From Candidatus Multivoradales bacterium (GTDB taxonomy: Bacteria > Acidobacteriota > Thermoanaerobaculia > Multivoradales > Multivoraceae): a DNA stretch of 64,000 bases. This document shows, piece by piece, positions 29,903 through 38,852 of this stretch. A program made the translations under genes and the position numbers. The stretch lies in assembly GCA_965223325.1 (NCBI GenBank), contig CBDCWI010000002.1:2688001-2752000 (forward strand). The letters run 5' to 3'. Position 1 is the stretch's first letter, and each line of letters starts with the position of its first letter. Below the pieces are notes generated by a model. The model ran no database searches. It was not told the origin of the DNA and was given only the letters and a program-made list of their open reading frames with translations.

Positions 29903-30741
29903 GGGATCTTCCGTGAGAGGTCATCGGCGAGCGCGGCGAGATTCCACTCGTAGCCCAGCCTCTCCGCCGCCGGCCTCACATTGACCTCGAACTCCCGCTG
30001 CTCGGTCGGCGACCAATCGAGAGTGGTCTGCGCAGGGTTTCTGCTGTTGGGCTTGGTAGCGATCAAGTCTTCCAGACCCGAGCGATCGTAGCTGGGGGTC
30101 ACTTCGAGCCACTCACAGAAGTCAGAGTAGGCAGCGAAATCGAACGTCTCGATGGGGATGACCCGCTTGTGAGACTCCGGAACACGCTCGAGCAGTGCCA
30201 GACAGTCGATATTGAGACGGTTCCAGAACCACGCCAACTGACCAGTTCGCGATTGCTCTTCCCAGTGCCGCCCCTCCTCGCCGCGCGGCACGATGCGACT
30301 GAAGCTGTGATGGTCCAGATGGAGCTCGGGCTGAAAGCCTGCCGCCAAACTCGGGTCGTCTCGCACCAGCGGAGCGCGGTACCAACCCTTGTCGAGATAC
30401 GAGATCACCACCCGATGCGGGGCACGGACAAGCAAGACCACGCGCGCCTCCAGCTCTTCCCAGAGACGATGCACCGCATAGGACAGGTAGGCGCTGGCCT
30501 CGAACGACACCGCTGCGCGATCGAGGTCGGCCTCGACGTCGCGGCGCTTCGTCGCCAGGAACCCGCGCTCGTCGACCGGCAGCCGGTTGAAGCGGCAGTA
30601 ACGATCGAAGGCATCGATCAGCGGGCGTCGCTCATGGCACGACTGAACGTTCGCGTGGCGCGACATCAGCTCGTGCATGAACTTGGTGCCGCAACGCCCG
30701 GTGCCAACGGCGAAGACGGCTTTTCCATTCAAGAGTTGCAT
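29899..30741 (-). CDS. Sulfotransferase-family (P-loop) protein
   Basis: 'VFAVGTGRCGTKF' (5'-PSB-like), 'VVLLVRAPHRVVISY' (3'-PB-like), C-terminal 'AERLGY'; stop overlaps the next start. Confidence 0.75.
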   Translation of the reverse strand: MQLLNGKAVFAVGTGRCGTKFMHELMSRHANVQSCHERRPLIDAFDRYCRFNRLPVDERGFLATKRRDVEADLDRAAVSFEASAYLSYAVHRLWEELEARVVLLVRAPHRVVISYLDKGWYRAPLVRDDPSLAAGFQPELHLDHHSFSRIVPRGEEGRHWEEQSRTGQLAWFWNRLNIDCLALLERVPESHKRVIPIETFDFAAYSDFCEWLEVTPSYDRSGLEDLIATKPNSRNPAQTTLDWSPTEQREFEVNVRPAAERLGYEWNLAALADDLSRKIP

Positions 30742-30807
30742 TGGGGTTCCGTTGGCGACGCCTCGATCTGATCGGAGAGGAAGGGCGCTTGGCAATAGAG
30801 TACCCCG

Positions 30808-31695
30808 ATGATCGAACCCCTGATCGCCGAACGAGCCGCCTCCCAGGTCACCGTGGTCGTGCGCACGGTAGGCGAGCGCACCGAGACTCTGTGTCTCGAG
30901 ATCCTCCACTCCCAGCTGCCGCTAGAGAACGTGATCGTCATTCGGCAACGCCCCTTCGCCAGAGCCCATCGAGATTCGGTGGAGGCTGCAATCGAGACCG
31001 GCCGGCCGTGGGCCATGGTCACAGACTCCGACAAGCTGGTGCGCCCCGGGGCAGTCCTGGAGATGCTCCGTCGTGCCCAGAAGGCGCCGCCCCAGACTTT
31101 CATGGTGCACACCTTGATGGTCGATAAGTTCTTCGGCGGCGAGCGCTACGTCGGGCCGAAGCTCTACCGCACCGAGCTTCTCGACGAGGCGCTCTCTTAC
31201 GTTCCGGAGTCTGCCAACGTGCACCGACCAGAGACCGAGATGAGCAAGGCGATGAGAAAGAAGGGCTACCCCTGGTATCTCACGCGCTACGTCTCCGGCG
31301 TCCACGACTTCGAGCAGGCCTACGGCGACATCCTTCGCAAGGGCTTCACCCATGGCAAGAAGAGTGCCCGCTGGGCACCCACCCTCGAGCCCTACTGGCA
31401 ACGCGCCGCGCGGTTCGATCCCGACTTCGCCGTTCTTCTGGAGGGAATCGCTCTGGCTGCCGACGACAGCCGCGAGCTTCAGCTGGACATCGAAGAGACC
31501 GCCGCCGAACGCCACGAGGTGTTCGAACGACTGCACCTCGAAGAGAAGCCACCCTTGACACCCGGCGACGGGGCGCTGCAGCTGGTTGAGAAACTGCTCG
31601 CTGAGCACGAGCCACCGCCCGAGTACCTGCCGGTCAAACGCGATCTCGACGCCTCGACCGTACAGGCCGCTTCGAATGTCATCGTCGAACACTGA
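30808..31695 (+). CDS. Glycosyltransferase family A (GT2-like) protein
   Basis: 'VTVVVRTVGERT', DxD-like 'TDSD', 'HDFEQAYGDI'. Confidence 0.65.
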   Translation: MIEPLIAERAASQVTVVVRTVGERTETLCLEILHSQLPLENVIVIRQRPFARAHRDSVEAAIETGRPWAMVTDSDKLVRPGAVLEMLRRAQKAPPQTFMVHTLMVDKFFGGERYVGPKLYRTELLDEALSYVPESANVHRPETEMSKAMRKKGYPWYLTRYVSGVHDFEQAYGDILRKGFTHGKKSARWAPTLEPYWQRAARFDPDFAVLLEGIALAADDSRELQLDIEETAAERHEVFERLHLEEKPPLTPGDGALQLVEKLLAEHEPPPEYLPVKRDLDASTVQAASNVIVEH

Positions 31696-31710
31696 AGCTC
31701 TGCGTCACCC

Positions 31711-32439
31711 ATGAGCGCTGGCGACTACTTCATCGACGTAGCGGGCTACCAGTGCAACCCGGAGACCAGCTTCGACTCAAGCGAGAGCCGTGAGTATTGG
31801 ACCGACGAGCGCATCGCGCAGTCACTCGAGTTCCAATACGACGTCTACGCTCTCGCCGCCCAGCTAGCAGCCGAGACCTCGGCAAGTCGTGTGCTCGATC
31901 TCGGCTGCGGAGCACCCGGCAAGCTGGGCCTCTTCTTCTCGCCCAACAGTCCCGAGGAGATCGCGCTGGTGGACCAACCGAACACCCGCGAACTAGCTGC
32001 GAGGATCCTGCCCGATGCGAGATTCATCGATGCCGACCTGAACCAAGAAGTCCCAGCGATCGACGGCCAGCGCTTCGATCTGGTGATCTGTGCGGACGTC
32101 ATCGAGCACCTGGGACGACCCGACGCCCTCCTCGCCTCGGTACGCAACAACCTGGCACCCGACGGCCTGGCCGTCATTTCGACGCCGAATCGAGACGTTC
32201 GCCGGGGGCCCGGCAATCTACGACCGAACAACCGTGCCCACGTCCGTGAGTGGAACATGGTGGAGTTCAGGAGGCTGCTCGAAAGCGCCGGCCTCGCCGT
32301 CCAGCGCCACGAAGCGACCCCGATCCGCCGCGTCTACGGCTGGCGCGACATCGCCCGTCGTCATCTCGGCCTCTTCAAGCGCCACCCGATGATCTCCGGC
32401 GGTCAGGTCGCCGTGTGCGTGCACCAGGCCCGCGGCTGA
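31711..32439 (+). CDS. Class I SAM-dependent methyltransferase
   Basis: 'VLDLGCG', 'FDLVICADVIEHL', 'ISTPNR', 'HVREW'. Confidence 0.9.
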   Translation: MSAGDYFIDVAGYQCNPETSFDSSESREYWTDERIAQSLEFQYDVYALAAQLAAETSASRVLDLGCGAPGKLGLFFSPNSPEEIALVDQPNTRELAARILPDARFIDADLNQEVPAIDGQRFDLVICADVIEHLGRPDALLASVRNNLAPDGLAVISTPNRDVRRGPGNLRPNNRAHVREWNMVEFRRLLESAGLAVQRHEATPIRRVYGWRDIARRHLGLFKRHPMISGGQVAVCVHQARG

Positions 32440-32440
32440 G

Positions 32441-34172
32441 ACACAACGGACCGCTTGCGCCGCAAATGTGATGACTAGTGATCCCCGTGGTAAACGACCC
32501 ACCGGCATCCCGACGCCATCACTCTGTACACACCCTACCTTTCGAGGCCCGCCTGTGGAGGGCGTTAACCACGGGCTGCGGCGCAAGGGAAAAGCCCGTT
32601 CGGGTCTGCTCTGCCTTCCCGGCGGCTCAGGCGGCCCAATCCCGATCGAAAAAAGTCGTTCCATCGAAGGCACGATCCGCGGCGCGCGACCGATCACCGC
32701 AGTCCACGATCACGACTGCAGGGCGAGCGCCTTCGAAGACGGCACACACGACGGACCGCTTGCGCCGCAAATGTGATGACTAGTGATCCCCGTGGTAAAC
32801 GACCCACCGGCATCGCGACGCCATCACTCTGTACACACCCTACCTTTCGAGGCCCGCCTGTGGAGGGCGTTAACCACGGGCTGCGGCGCAAGGGAAAAGC
32901 CCGTTCGGGTCTGCTCTGCCTTCCCGGCGGCTCAGGCGGCCCAATCCCGATCGAAAAAAGTCGTTCCATCGAAGGCACGATCCGCGGCGCGCGACCGATC
33001 ACCGCAGTCCACGATCACGACTGCAGGGCGAGCGCCTTCGACAACGGACCGCTTGCGCCGCAAATGTGATGACTAGGGATCCCCGTGGTAAACGACCCAC
33101 CGGCATCGCGACGCCATCACTCTGCACACACAACGGACACACCGCAAATGTGATGACTAGGGATCCCCGTGGTAAACGACCCACCGGCATCGCGACGCCA
33201 TCACTCTGTACACACCCTACCTTTCGAGGCCCGCCTGTGGAGGGCGTTAACCACGGGCTGCGGCGCAAGGGAAAAGCCCGTTCGGGTCTGCTCTGCCTTC
33301 CCGGCGGCTCAGGCGGCCCAATCCCGATCGAAAAAAGTCGTTCCATCGAAGGCACGATCCGCGGCGCGCGACCGATCACCGCAGTCCACGATCACGACTG
33401 CAGGGCGAGCGCCTTCGAAGACGGCACACACAACGGACCGCTTGCGCCGCAAATGTGATGACTAGGGATCCCCGTGGTAAACGACCCACCGGCATCCCGA
33501 CGCCATCACTCTGTACACACCCTACCTTTCGAGGCCCGCCTGTGGAGGGCGTTCACCACGGGCTGCGGCGCAAGGGAAAAGCCCGTTCGGGTCTGCTCTG
33601 CCTTCCCGGCGGCTCAGGCGGCGCAATCCCGATCGAAAAAAGTCGTTCCATCGAAGGCACGATCCGCGGCGCGCGACCGATCACCGCAGTCCACGATCAC
33701 GACTGCAGGGCGAGCGCCTTCGAAGACGGCACACACGACGGACCGCTTGCGCCGCAAGTGTGATGACTAGTGATCCCCGTGGTAAACGACCCACCGGCAT
33801 CGCGACGCCATCACTCTGTACACACCCTACCTTTCGAGGCCCGCCTGTGGAGGGCGTTAACCACGGGCTGCGGCGCAAGGGAAAAGCCCGTTCGGGTCTG
33901 CTCTGCCTTCCCGGCGGCTCAGGCGGCGCAATCCCGATCGAAAAAAGTCGTTCCATCGAAGGCACGATCCGCGGCGCGCGACCGATCACCGCAGTCCACG
34001 ATCACGACTGCAGGGCGAGCGCCTTCGAAGACGGCACACACAACGGACCGCTTGCGCCGCAAGTGTGATGACTAGTGATCCCCGTGGTAAACGACCCACC
34101 GGCATCGCGACGCCATCACTCTGTACACACCCTACCTTTCGAGGCCCGCCCGTGGAGGGCGTTAACCACGGG
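32441..34172 (+). repeat. Tandem array B: 305-bp units (five full-length or near-full, one ~87-bp truncated, one terminal 135-bp partial)
   Basis: Unit starts at 32441, 32746, ~33041, 33128, 33428, 33733 and 34038; near-identical, with only a few SNPs and small indels. Confidence 0.95.
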
Positions 34173-34177
34173 GATCA

Positions 34178-34564
34178 CTAGTTCGTGATGTCGGAGGTCA
34201 CGCTGCCACCGCGCGCCTTCATGTACACCTCGTACCACTTCTTCTGGGCATCGCTGCCGGCGTAGTCCTTGAGCGCCTGCTCACTGTCGAATTCCATGAC
34301 GAAGGCGGCGTCTTTGGTCTGCGACTTGATGCTGCGCAGCCACACTCGCGAAATGCCGTCGTACGACTCGGCCATGGTCTCAACGCCCTTGAGGGCGGCG
34401 GCGATGTCAGCCTCTGAAGCGTCAGGCGCCCAGTCGACAGTCACCACGTGGATGACGGAGGACGGCTTCTCGACACCTTCTCCACCAACGACGACACCGG
34501 CAGCGAAAATGGCGAGGGTTGCGATGCAAACGAAAACGGTCTTGGCGAGTTTCGACTGAACCAT
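34178..34564 (-). CDS. Dabb family (stress-responsive A/B barrel) secreted protein
   Basis: Signal peptide; 'SVIHVVTV.W', 'AFVMEFDSEQALKDYA'; ends ...DITN-TAG. Confidence 0.75.
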   Translation of the reverse strand: MVQSKLAKTVFVCIATLAIFAAGVVVGGEGVEKPSSVIHVVTVDWAPDASEADIAAALKGVETMAESYDGISRVWLRSIKSQTKDAAFVMEFDSEQALKDYAGSDAQKKWYEVYMKARGGSVTSDITN

Positions 34565-34731
34565 GATTCAGGTCTCCTTGTCTCAGGGGGATCTCGTATG
34601 AAGAATGGGTACTGCCCGGAACCAGAACCGGCTCCGGATTCGGCAGAGGGAGGAGCTTGGATTCTAGCTGCCCTGGAACGCTCCTGCTCGGCACCGCTCT
34701 GAAGCGCTCGGCGACCGCGACCGGGCGCGTC

Positions 34732-35529
34732 TCAAGCCGGTGCCCAGGCCGATCCGCCGTCGATCTTGAGAACCGCACCGGTGGTGTAGCTCGAGGCGTC
34801 ACTCGCCAGGTAGAGCGCCGCACCCACCACTTCGTGTGGCAGCCCTCCGCGCTGTAGCGGAATCGACTGCCTGGCGTTTTCCTCGAAGGCTTCCAGGTCC
34901 CAGGCCTTGCTGATGTCGGTCAGGAACGGGCCCGGCATGATGCAGTTCGAGCGCACTTTCGGGCCGAATGCGTGCGCCAGCGCCACTGTCAGGGTGTTGA
35001 GGCCCGACTTCGCCATCGCATACGGCACTTCGTTGGCACTGGGTTTGACAGCCGCAATGCTCGAGACATTGATGATCGAACCGCCCGTTCCTTCTGCCAT
35101 GCGCGTCGCGATGAGCGACGAGAGCCGGAAAGGCCCGCGCAGGTTCACCGCCATCACCTTGTCGTAGAGCTGCTCGCTGACCTGATCGAGCGCTTCGTAA
35201 AGCGGCGACATGCCGGCGTTGTTGACCAGGATGTCGACTTTGCCGAAACGTTCGTAGGCAACGTCGACCAAGCGGTCACAGTCCTGCCAGCTGCCAACGT
35301 GGCAGGCCGCACCAATGCACTCACTTCCCGAAAGCTCGGCGATTTCAGCTGCCGCCTTTTCGCAAGCCTCGAGCTTGCGGCTCGCCACGACAACCTGGGC
35401 ACCCGAGAGGGCGAAGGCGCGAGACATCTCGAAACCCAGACCACGACTGCCACCGGTTACGACGGCGACCTTCCCCGTCAGGTCGAAGTTCATACCGGGT
35501 AGTTGGCTACCTCCCTCGTTCTCGGCCAC
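34732..35529 (-). CDS. Short-chain dehydrogenase/reductase
   Basis: 'TGGSRGLG', 'NNAG', 'YAMAK', 'PGPFLT'; start uncertain (35493-35544). Confidence 0.93.
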   Translation of the reverse strand: MAENEGGSQLPGMNFDLTGKVAVVTGGSRGLGFEMSRAFALSGAQVVVASRKLEACEKAAAEIAELSGSECIGAACHVGSWQDCDRLVDVAYERFGKVDILVNNAGMSPLYEALDQVSEQLYDKVMAVNLRGPFRLSSLIATRMAEGTGGSIINVSSIAAVKPSANEVPYAMAKSGLNTLTVALAHAFGPKVRSNCIMPGPFLTDISKAWDLEAFEENARQSIPLQRGGLPHEVVGAALYLASDASSYTTGAVLKIDGGSAWAPA

Positions 35530-35564
35530 CGCAACTCTCCTCACATCTCGCTAACGTTTCTCTA

Positions 35565-36767
35565 CTATGCCTCAATGGTGGGGTCGGCGAAGACGGGGTC
35601 GGCCTGGGCCATGGCGCGCGTCGCTGCCGGGTTGGCGGCGAGGCCGTCAAAGCGCTCGTGCGGCCGGCTCTGGCGATAGCTCTGCACGATCGGTGCGAGT
35701 TGCTCCGGGGTCGAACCGTGCAGGATCACCCCGTCGACACCGAGATCGAACTGCGCGCTGATCTTCTCGACGCACTCTTCTTTGCTGCCGTTGGCAGCCG
35801 GCGCCAGCCACGCTTCGGGAATCAGGGTGCTGATGTGCTCGAGCTGCTGGGTCGTCGCGCGAGCATCGATGGCACCCGAGAACCCGGCCACCATCTCGTC
35901 GGCGCGGAAGCGTTCTAGAACGCCGACATCCCAACCGTTCGTGCGTACCAACAGGTCTCCATAGGCCTGCAGGTAGGTCGCCATGCGCCCGACGGTCTTC
36001 TTGAGTCGCAGGGGTTCGGGCAGGTGATCGCCGACTGTTGCGAAACACGACCACACCCGCACATCGTCGGGATCACGACCCGCCTCCTCAGCGGCCCGCT
36101 TCACCGCGAGCACCGCACGCCGGGTGGTCTCATCGGTGAAAAAGGTGTGCAGGACGACCGCGTCAAAGACGCGACCGCCGAGGGCCAGCGAATTGGGGCC
36201 GAAGGCGGTGAAGGTCATGGGAATGTGTTCGTCGTACTCGACCCCGAGGCTCAAGTACGGGTACGCCCCGGCCGGACCATGGTGCGCCAGGACCGGTTCG
36301 CCACGCCACAGCCGGCGCATGATGCCGACGAAGTCTTCGATCTGCGCCGTGGTGATGCGCGATAGCCCGAAGGCGTCGAAGAGCTGCGGGATCCCACGCC
36401 CCAAGCCAAGCGAGAACCGGCCACCCGTCAAGGTATGCATGGTCATGGCGTAGGCCGCGGTCACCATCGGGTGGCGCGTATTGTGATTGGTCGCGGCCGT
36501 CGCGACGCCGAGAGTTTCGGAAACTGCGCCCACCGCTCCCGACACGGTGGCCGCTTCCTTGTGATTGAAACGTTCCGAGATGAAGACCGAACCCAGCCCG
36601 AGGTGTTCGGCTCGCTTGATCTCTGCGATCAGCTCACGGGGGCTCTCGGGGTGTCCCGCAAGTGTGTAAAAGGCAAGTTCATTGAGCTGGCGCTGCGCCA
36701 AAAGATCCTCCAAACGAGAGTTTCGGCGGTGCCCACGACAGGATACAGCCCTCTGGAGCGAGCGCAA
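35565..36767 (-). CDS. LLM-class oxidoreductase, probable F420-dependent TIGR03857-like family
   Basis: 'ELAFYTLAGH', 'FISERFNHKEA', 'ATAATNHNTRHP', 'VVLHTFFTDE'; the true start is probably downstream of the ORF start. Confidence 0.8.
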   Translation of the reverse strand: MRSLQRAVSCRGHRRNSRLEDLLAQRQLNELAFYTLAGHPESPRELIAEIKRAEHLGLGSVFISERFNHKEAATVSGAVGAVSETLGVATAATNHNTRHPMVTAAYAMTMHTLTGGRFSLGLGRGIPQLFDAFGLSRITTAQIEDFVGIMRRLWRGEPVLAHHGPAGAYPYLSLGVEYDEHIPMTFTAFGPNSLALGGRVFDAVVLHTFFTDETTRRAVLAVKRAAEEAGRDPDDVRVWSCFATVGDHLPEPLRLKKTVGRMATYLQAYGDLLVRTNGWDVGVLERFRADEMVAGFSGAIDARATTQQLEHISTLIPEAWLAPAANGSKEECVEKISAQFDLGVDGVILHGSTPEQLAPIVQSYRQSRPHERFDGLAANPAATRAMAQADPVFADPTIEA

Positions 36768-36798
36768 GTCGTCGTGGCTCGCGGCGGAACAATGAGTC

Positions 36799-38742
36799 TC
36801 AGCGCGGCAGCACGATCGGGAATCGGCGCTCGAAGTCCACTAGCACCGACCGGAGAGCCGCCAGCACGACCTGGTCGCCCTCGAGGAGGACCCGTCCGTC
36901 GACTGCCAGCTCGGCCGGATCGGCGAGGCCGAGCATCAGCCGCTTGAAGTCGAGCTCGCTGGCCCTGATCGCCAGGCCAGGAGCATCGCTCACCCGGCCG
37001 ATCCAGGCATGCAGGACGGAGTTCTCGAGCACCATCGAAACGTCGCGCTCGGGCTCTGTGAGATGGACGTTGATCACCAGGTGAAGCCCTTCGGCAGCCG
37101 GACCATCGACGCGCACCGCCAGCGCCTGGAAGAGGTGTTCGAGGGGCATGCCGCGCGCCATGCCTTCACTCGCTCGGTAGCTCGAGCCGCGGGGCGTTCC
37201 CTCACGGAGCTCCTTGGCTCCCGAAAGGTAGATGTTGCGCCACGGGCCGGACTCGGCCTGGTAGCCGAGCTGTTCGAGTGCGTCGGCACATAGCGCACGG
37301 GCCCTCTGGTGATGCGGCTCGCTCATCACCACGTGGTTGAGCACCTCCGCGACCCAACGGTAGTCGCCCGCGTCGAACGAAGCCTGGGCCTTGGCCACCA
37401 CCTCATCGGCCCCGCCCATGAACTCGACGTAGCGGGCACCCGCCTCCGAGGGCTCGAGCGGTGCGAGGTTGGCCGGATTGCCATCGAAGAAGCCGAGGTA
37501 CTTGACGTACACCGCCCGCGTGTTGTGATGCACGGTGCCGTAGTAGTCGCGGTTGTAGAACTCACGCCTAAGACTGTCGGGAAGACGCACCCGCTCCGCA
37601 ACCTCGTCAATGGTGTAACCCTGGTTGGCGAGTCGCAGGGTCTGGTCGTGGATGTACTTATAGAGGTCGCGCTGCTTCCGCATGTAGCCGAGCGCTTCGG
37701 AGCGGCCCCAGGTCGGCCAGTGGTGGCAACCAAACTGCACCTCGAGCCGGTCGCCAAAGCGATCGATTGCCTCGTCGATCTGCTGTGCCCAGGCCAGGGC
37801 GTCGCGCACCTGAGCGCCGCGCGGCGTGTAGACGTTGTGCAGGTGGTGTGACGTGATCTCCGCCATGCAGAGTGCCGCGAACTGCGGTAGCAGAAAGACC
37901 ATCTCGACCGGCGCCTCGGTACCGGGCGTCATCATGAACTCGAACTCGACGCCGTCGAGAGTGCGGGTCTCGCCAGTCTCGCCGATGAAGTCCGTCGGCA
38001 CGGCGAAACCGGTCGTGCCCATGGCCAGGGCGGCACCCAAACCGTTGCCCACGAACCCCTCAGGCGACGGCTCGAGAAGGTTGCCGAACATGTAGGTCGC
38101 ACGGCGGCCCATGACGTTGCCGGCCAGGACGTTCTCATGCAGCGCCTCCTCGACGTAACCCTCGGGGGCCAGCACGGCGACCTTGCCAGTCGCTATGTCG
38201 CCAGGCGACACCACTCCGTAGACTCCACCGAAGTGGTCGGCGTGGCTATGGGTGTGAACGACCGCCTTGACTTCGCGATGACCGAGGTGCTGGTTGGCGA
38301 GTTCGAGAGCCGCGCGGGAAGTCTCCGCACAGGTCAACGGGTCGATCAGCACCCACCCCGTGTCGCCGCGAATCAAGGTCATGTTGGCGAGGTCGTAGGA
38401 CCGCACCTGGTAGATGCCATCGACCACCTCGAACAGACCGTGATGGAGAGCGTTGAGCTGCGCCTGGCGCCAGAGGCTCGGATTGACCGTCTCGGTCGCC
38501 TCGCCCTCGAGGAAGGCGAGCTCTGTCAAGTCGAAGACCGGCTTCTTGTCCCTCTCCCGCACGATCCTGACCGGGTCCATGCTGGCCAGAAACCCGCGTG
38601 CCGCGTTCTCGAAACTCGTGCGGTCAGAAAAGTCGAGATCGCCTGTGTTGTCGGCAATCGCCTGCCGTGTTGCCGCAGTAGCAGGCTTGGCGCCCGAAAG
38701 CTCTGGCACCAACCCGCCGGGGCGGTTGTTTGTGTCCGTCAC
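36799..38742 (-). CDS. Alkyl/aryl sulfatase (SdsA1-like MBL fold, dimerisation and SCP2-like domains)
   Basis: 'VNPSLWRQAQLN', 'THSHADHFGG', 'PGTEAP.EM', 'HHWP.WG', 'FFDGNPANL'. Confidence 0.92.
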   Translation of the reverse strand: MTDTNNRPGGLVPELSGAKPATAATRQAIADNTGDLDFSDRTSFENAARGFLASMDPVRIVRERDKKPVFDLTELAFLEGEATETVNPSLWRQAQLNALHHGLFEVVDGIYQVRSYDLANMTLIRGDTGWVLIDPLTCAETSRAALELANQHLGHREVKAVVHTHSHADHFGGVYGVVSPGDIATGKVAVLAPEGYVEEALHENVLAGNVMGRRATYMFGNLLEPSPEGFVGNGLGAALAMGTTGFAVPTDFIGETGETRTLDGVEFEFMMTPGTEAPVEMVFLLPQFAALCMAEITSHHLHNVYTPRGAQVRDALAWAQQIDEAIDRFGDRLEVQFGCHHWPTWGRSEALGYMRKQRDLYKYIHDQTLRLANQGYTIDEVAERVRLPDSLRREFYNRDYYGTVHHNTRAVYVKYLGFFDGNPANLAPLEPSEAGARYVEFMGGADEVVAKAQASFDAGDYRWVAEVLNHVVMSEPHHQRARALCADALEQLGYQAESGPWRNIYLSGAKELREGTPRGSSYRASEGMARGMPLEHLFQALAVRVDGPAAEGLHLVINVHLTEPERDVSMVLENSVLHAWIGRVSDAPGLAIRASELDFKRLMLGLADPAELAVDGRVLLEGDQVVLAALRSVLVDFERRFPIVLPR

Positions 38743-38852
38743 TCCTTAGCTCCTTCGTGCGATGTTGGAAGCCAGTACATCACGCACCCGCACCGCTTTC
38801 AGCGGCCCATGCGACGCCACCTGGAACAGGACAGCCGGAGGCCACCGGAACG

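Noticed and set aside
32468-34075. ~100-aa ORFs spanning each array B unit with overlapping stop/start
   Set aside because: No recognisable motifs or RBS. Single-base indels between the homologous A and B units break the frame, so coding is not conserved. Open frames are expected at this GC content. Not excluded without ribosome profiling.
32441-34172. CRISPR array interpretation of either tandem array
   Set aside because: Whole 305/325-bp units repeat, with no unique spacers and no cas genes in the window.
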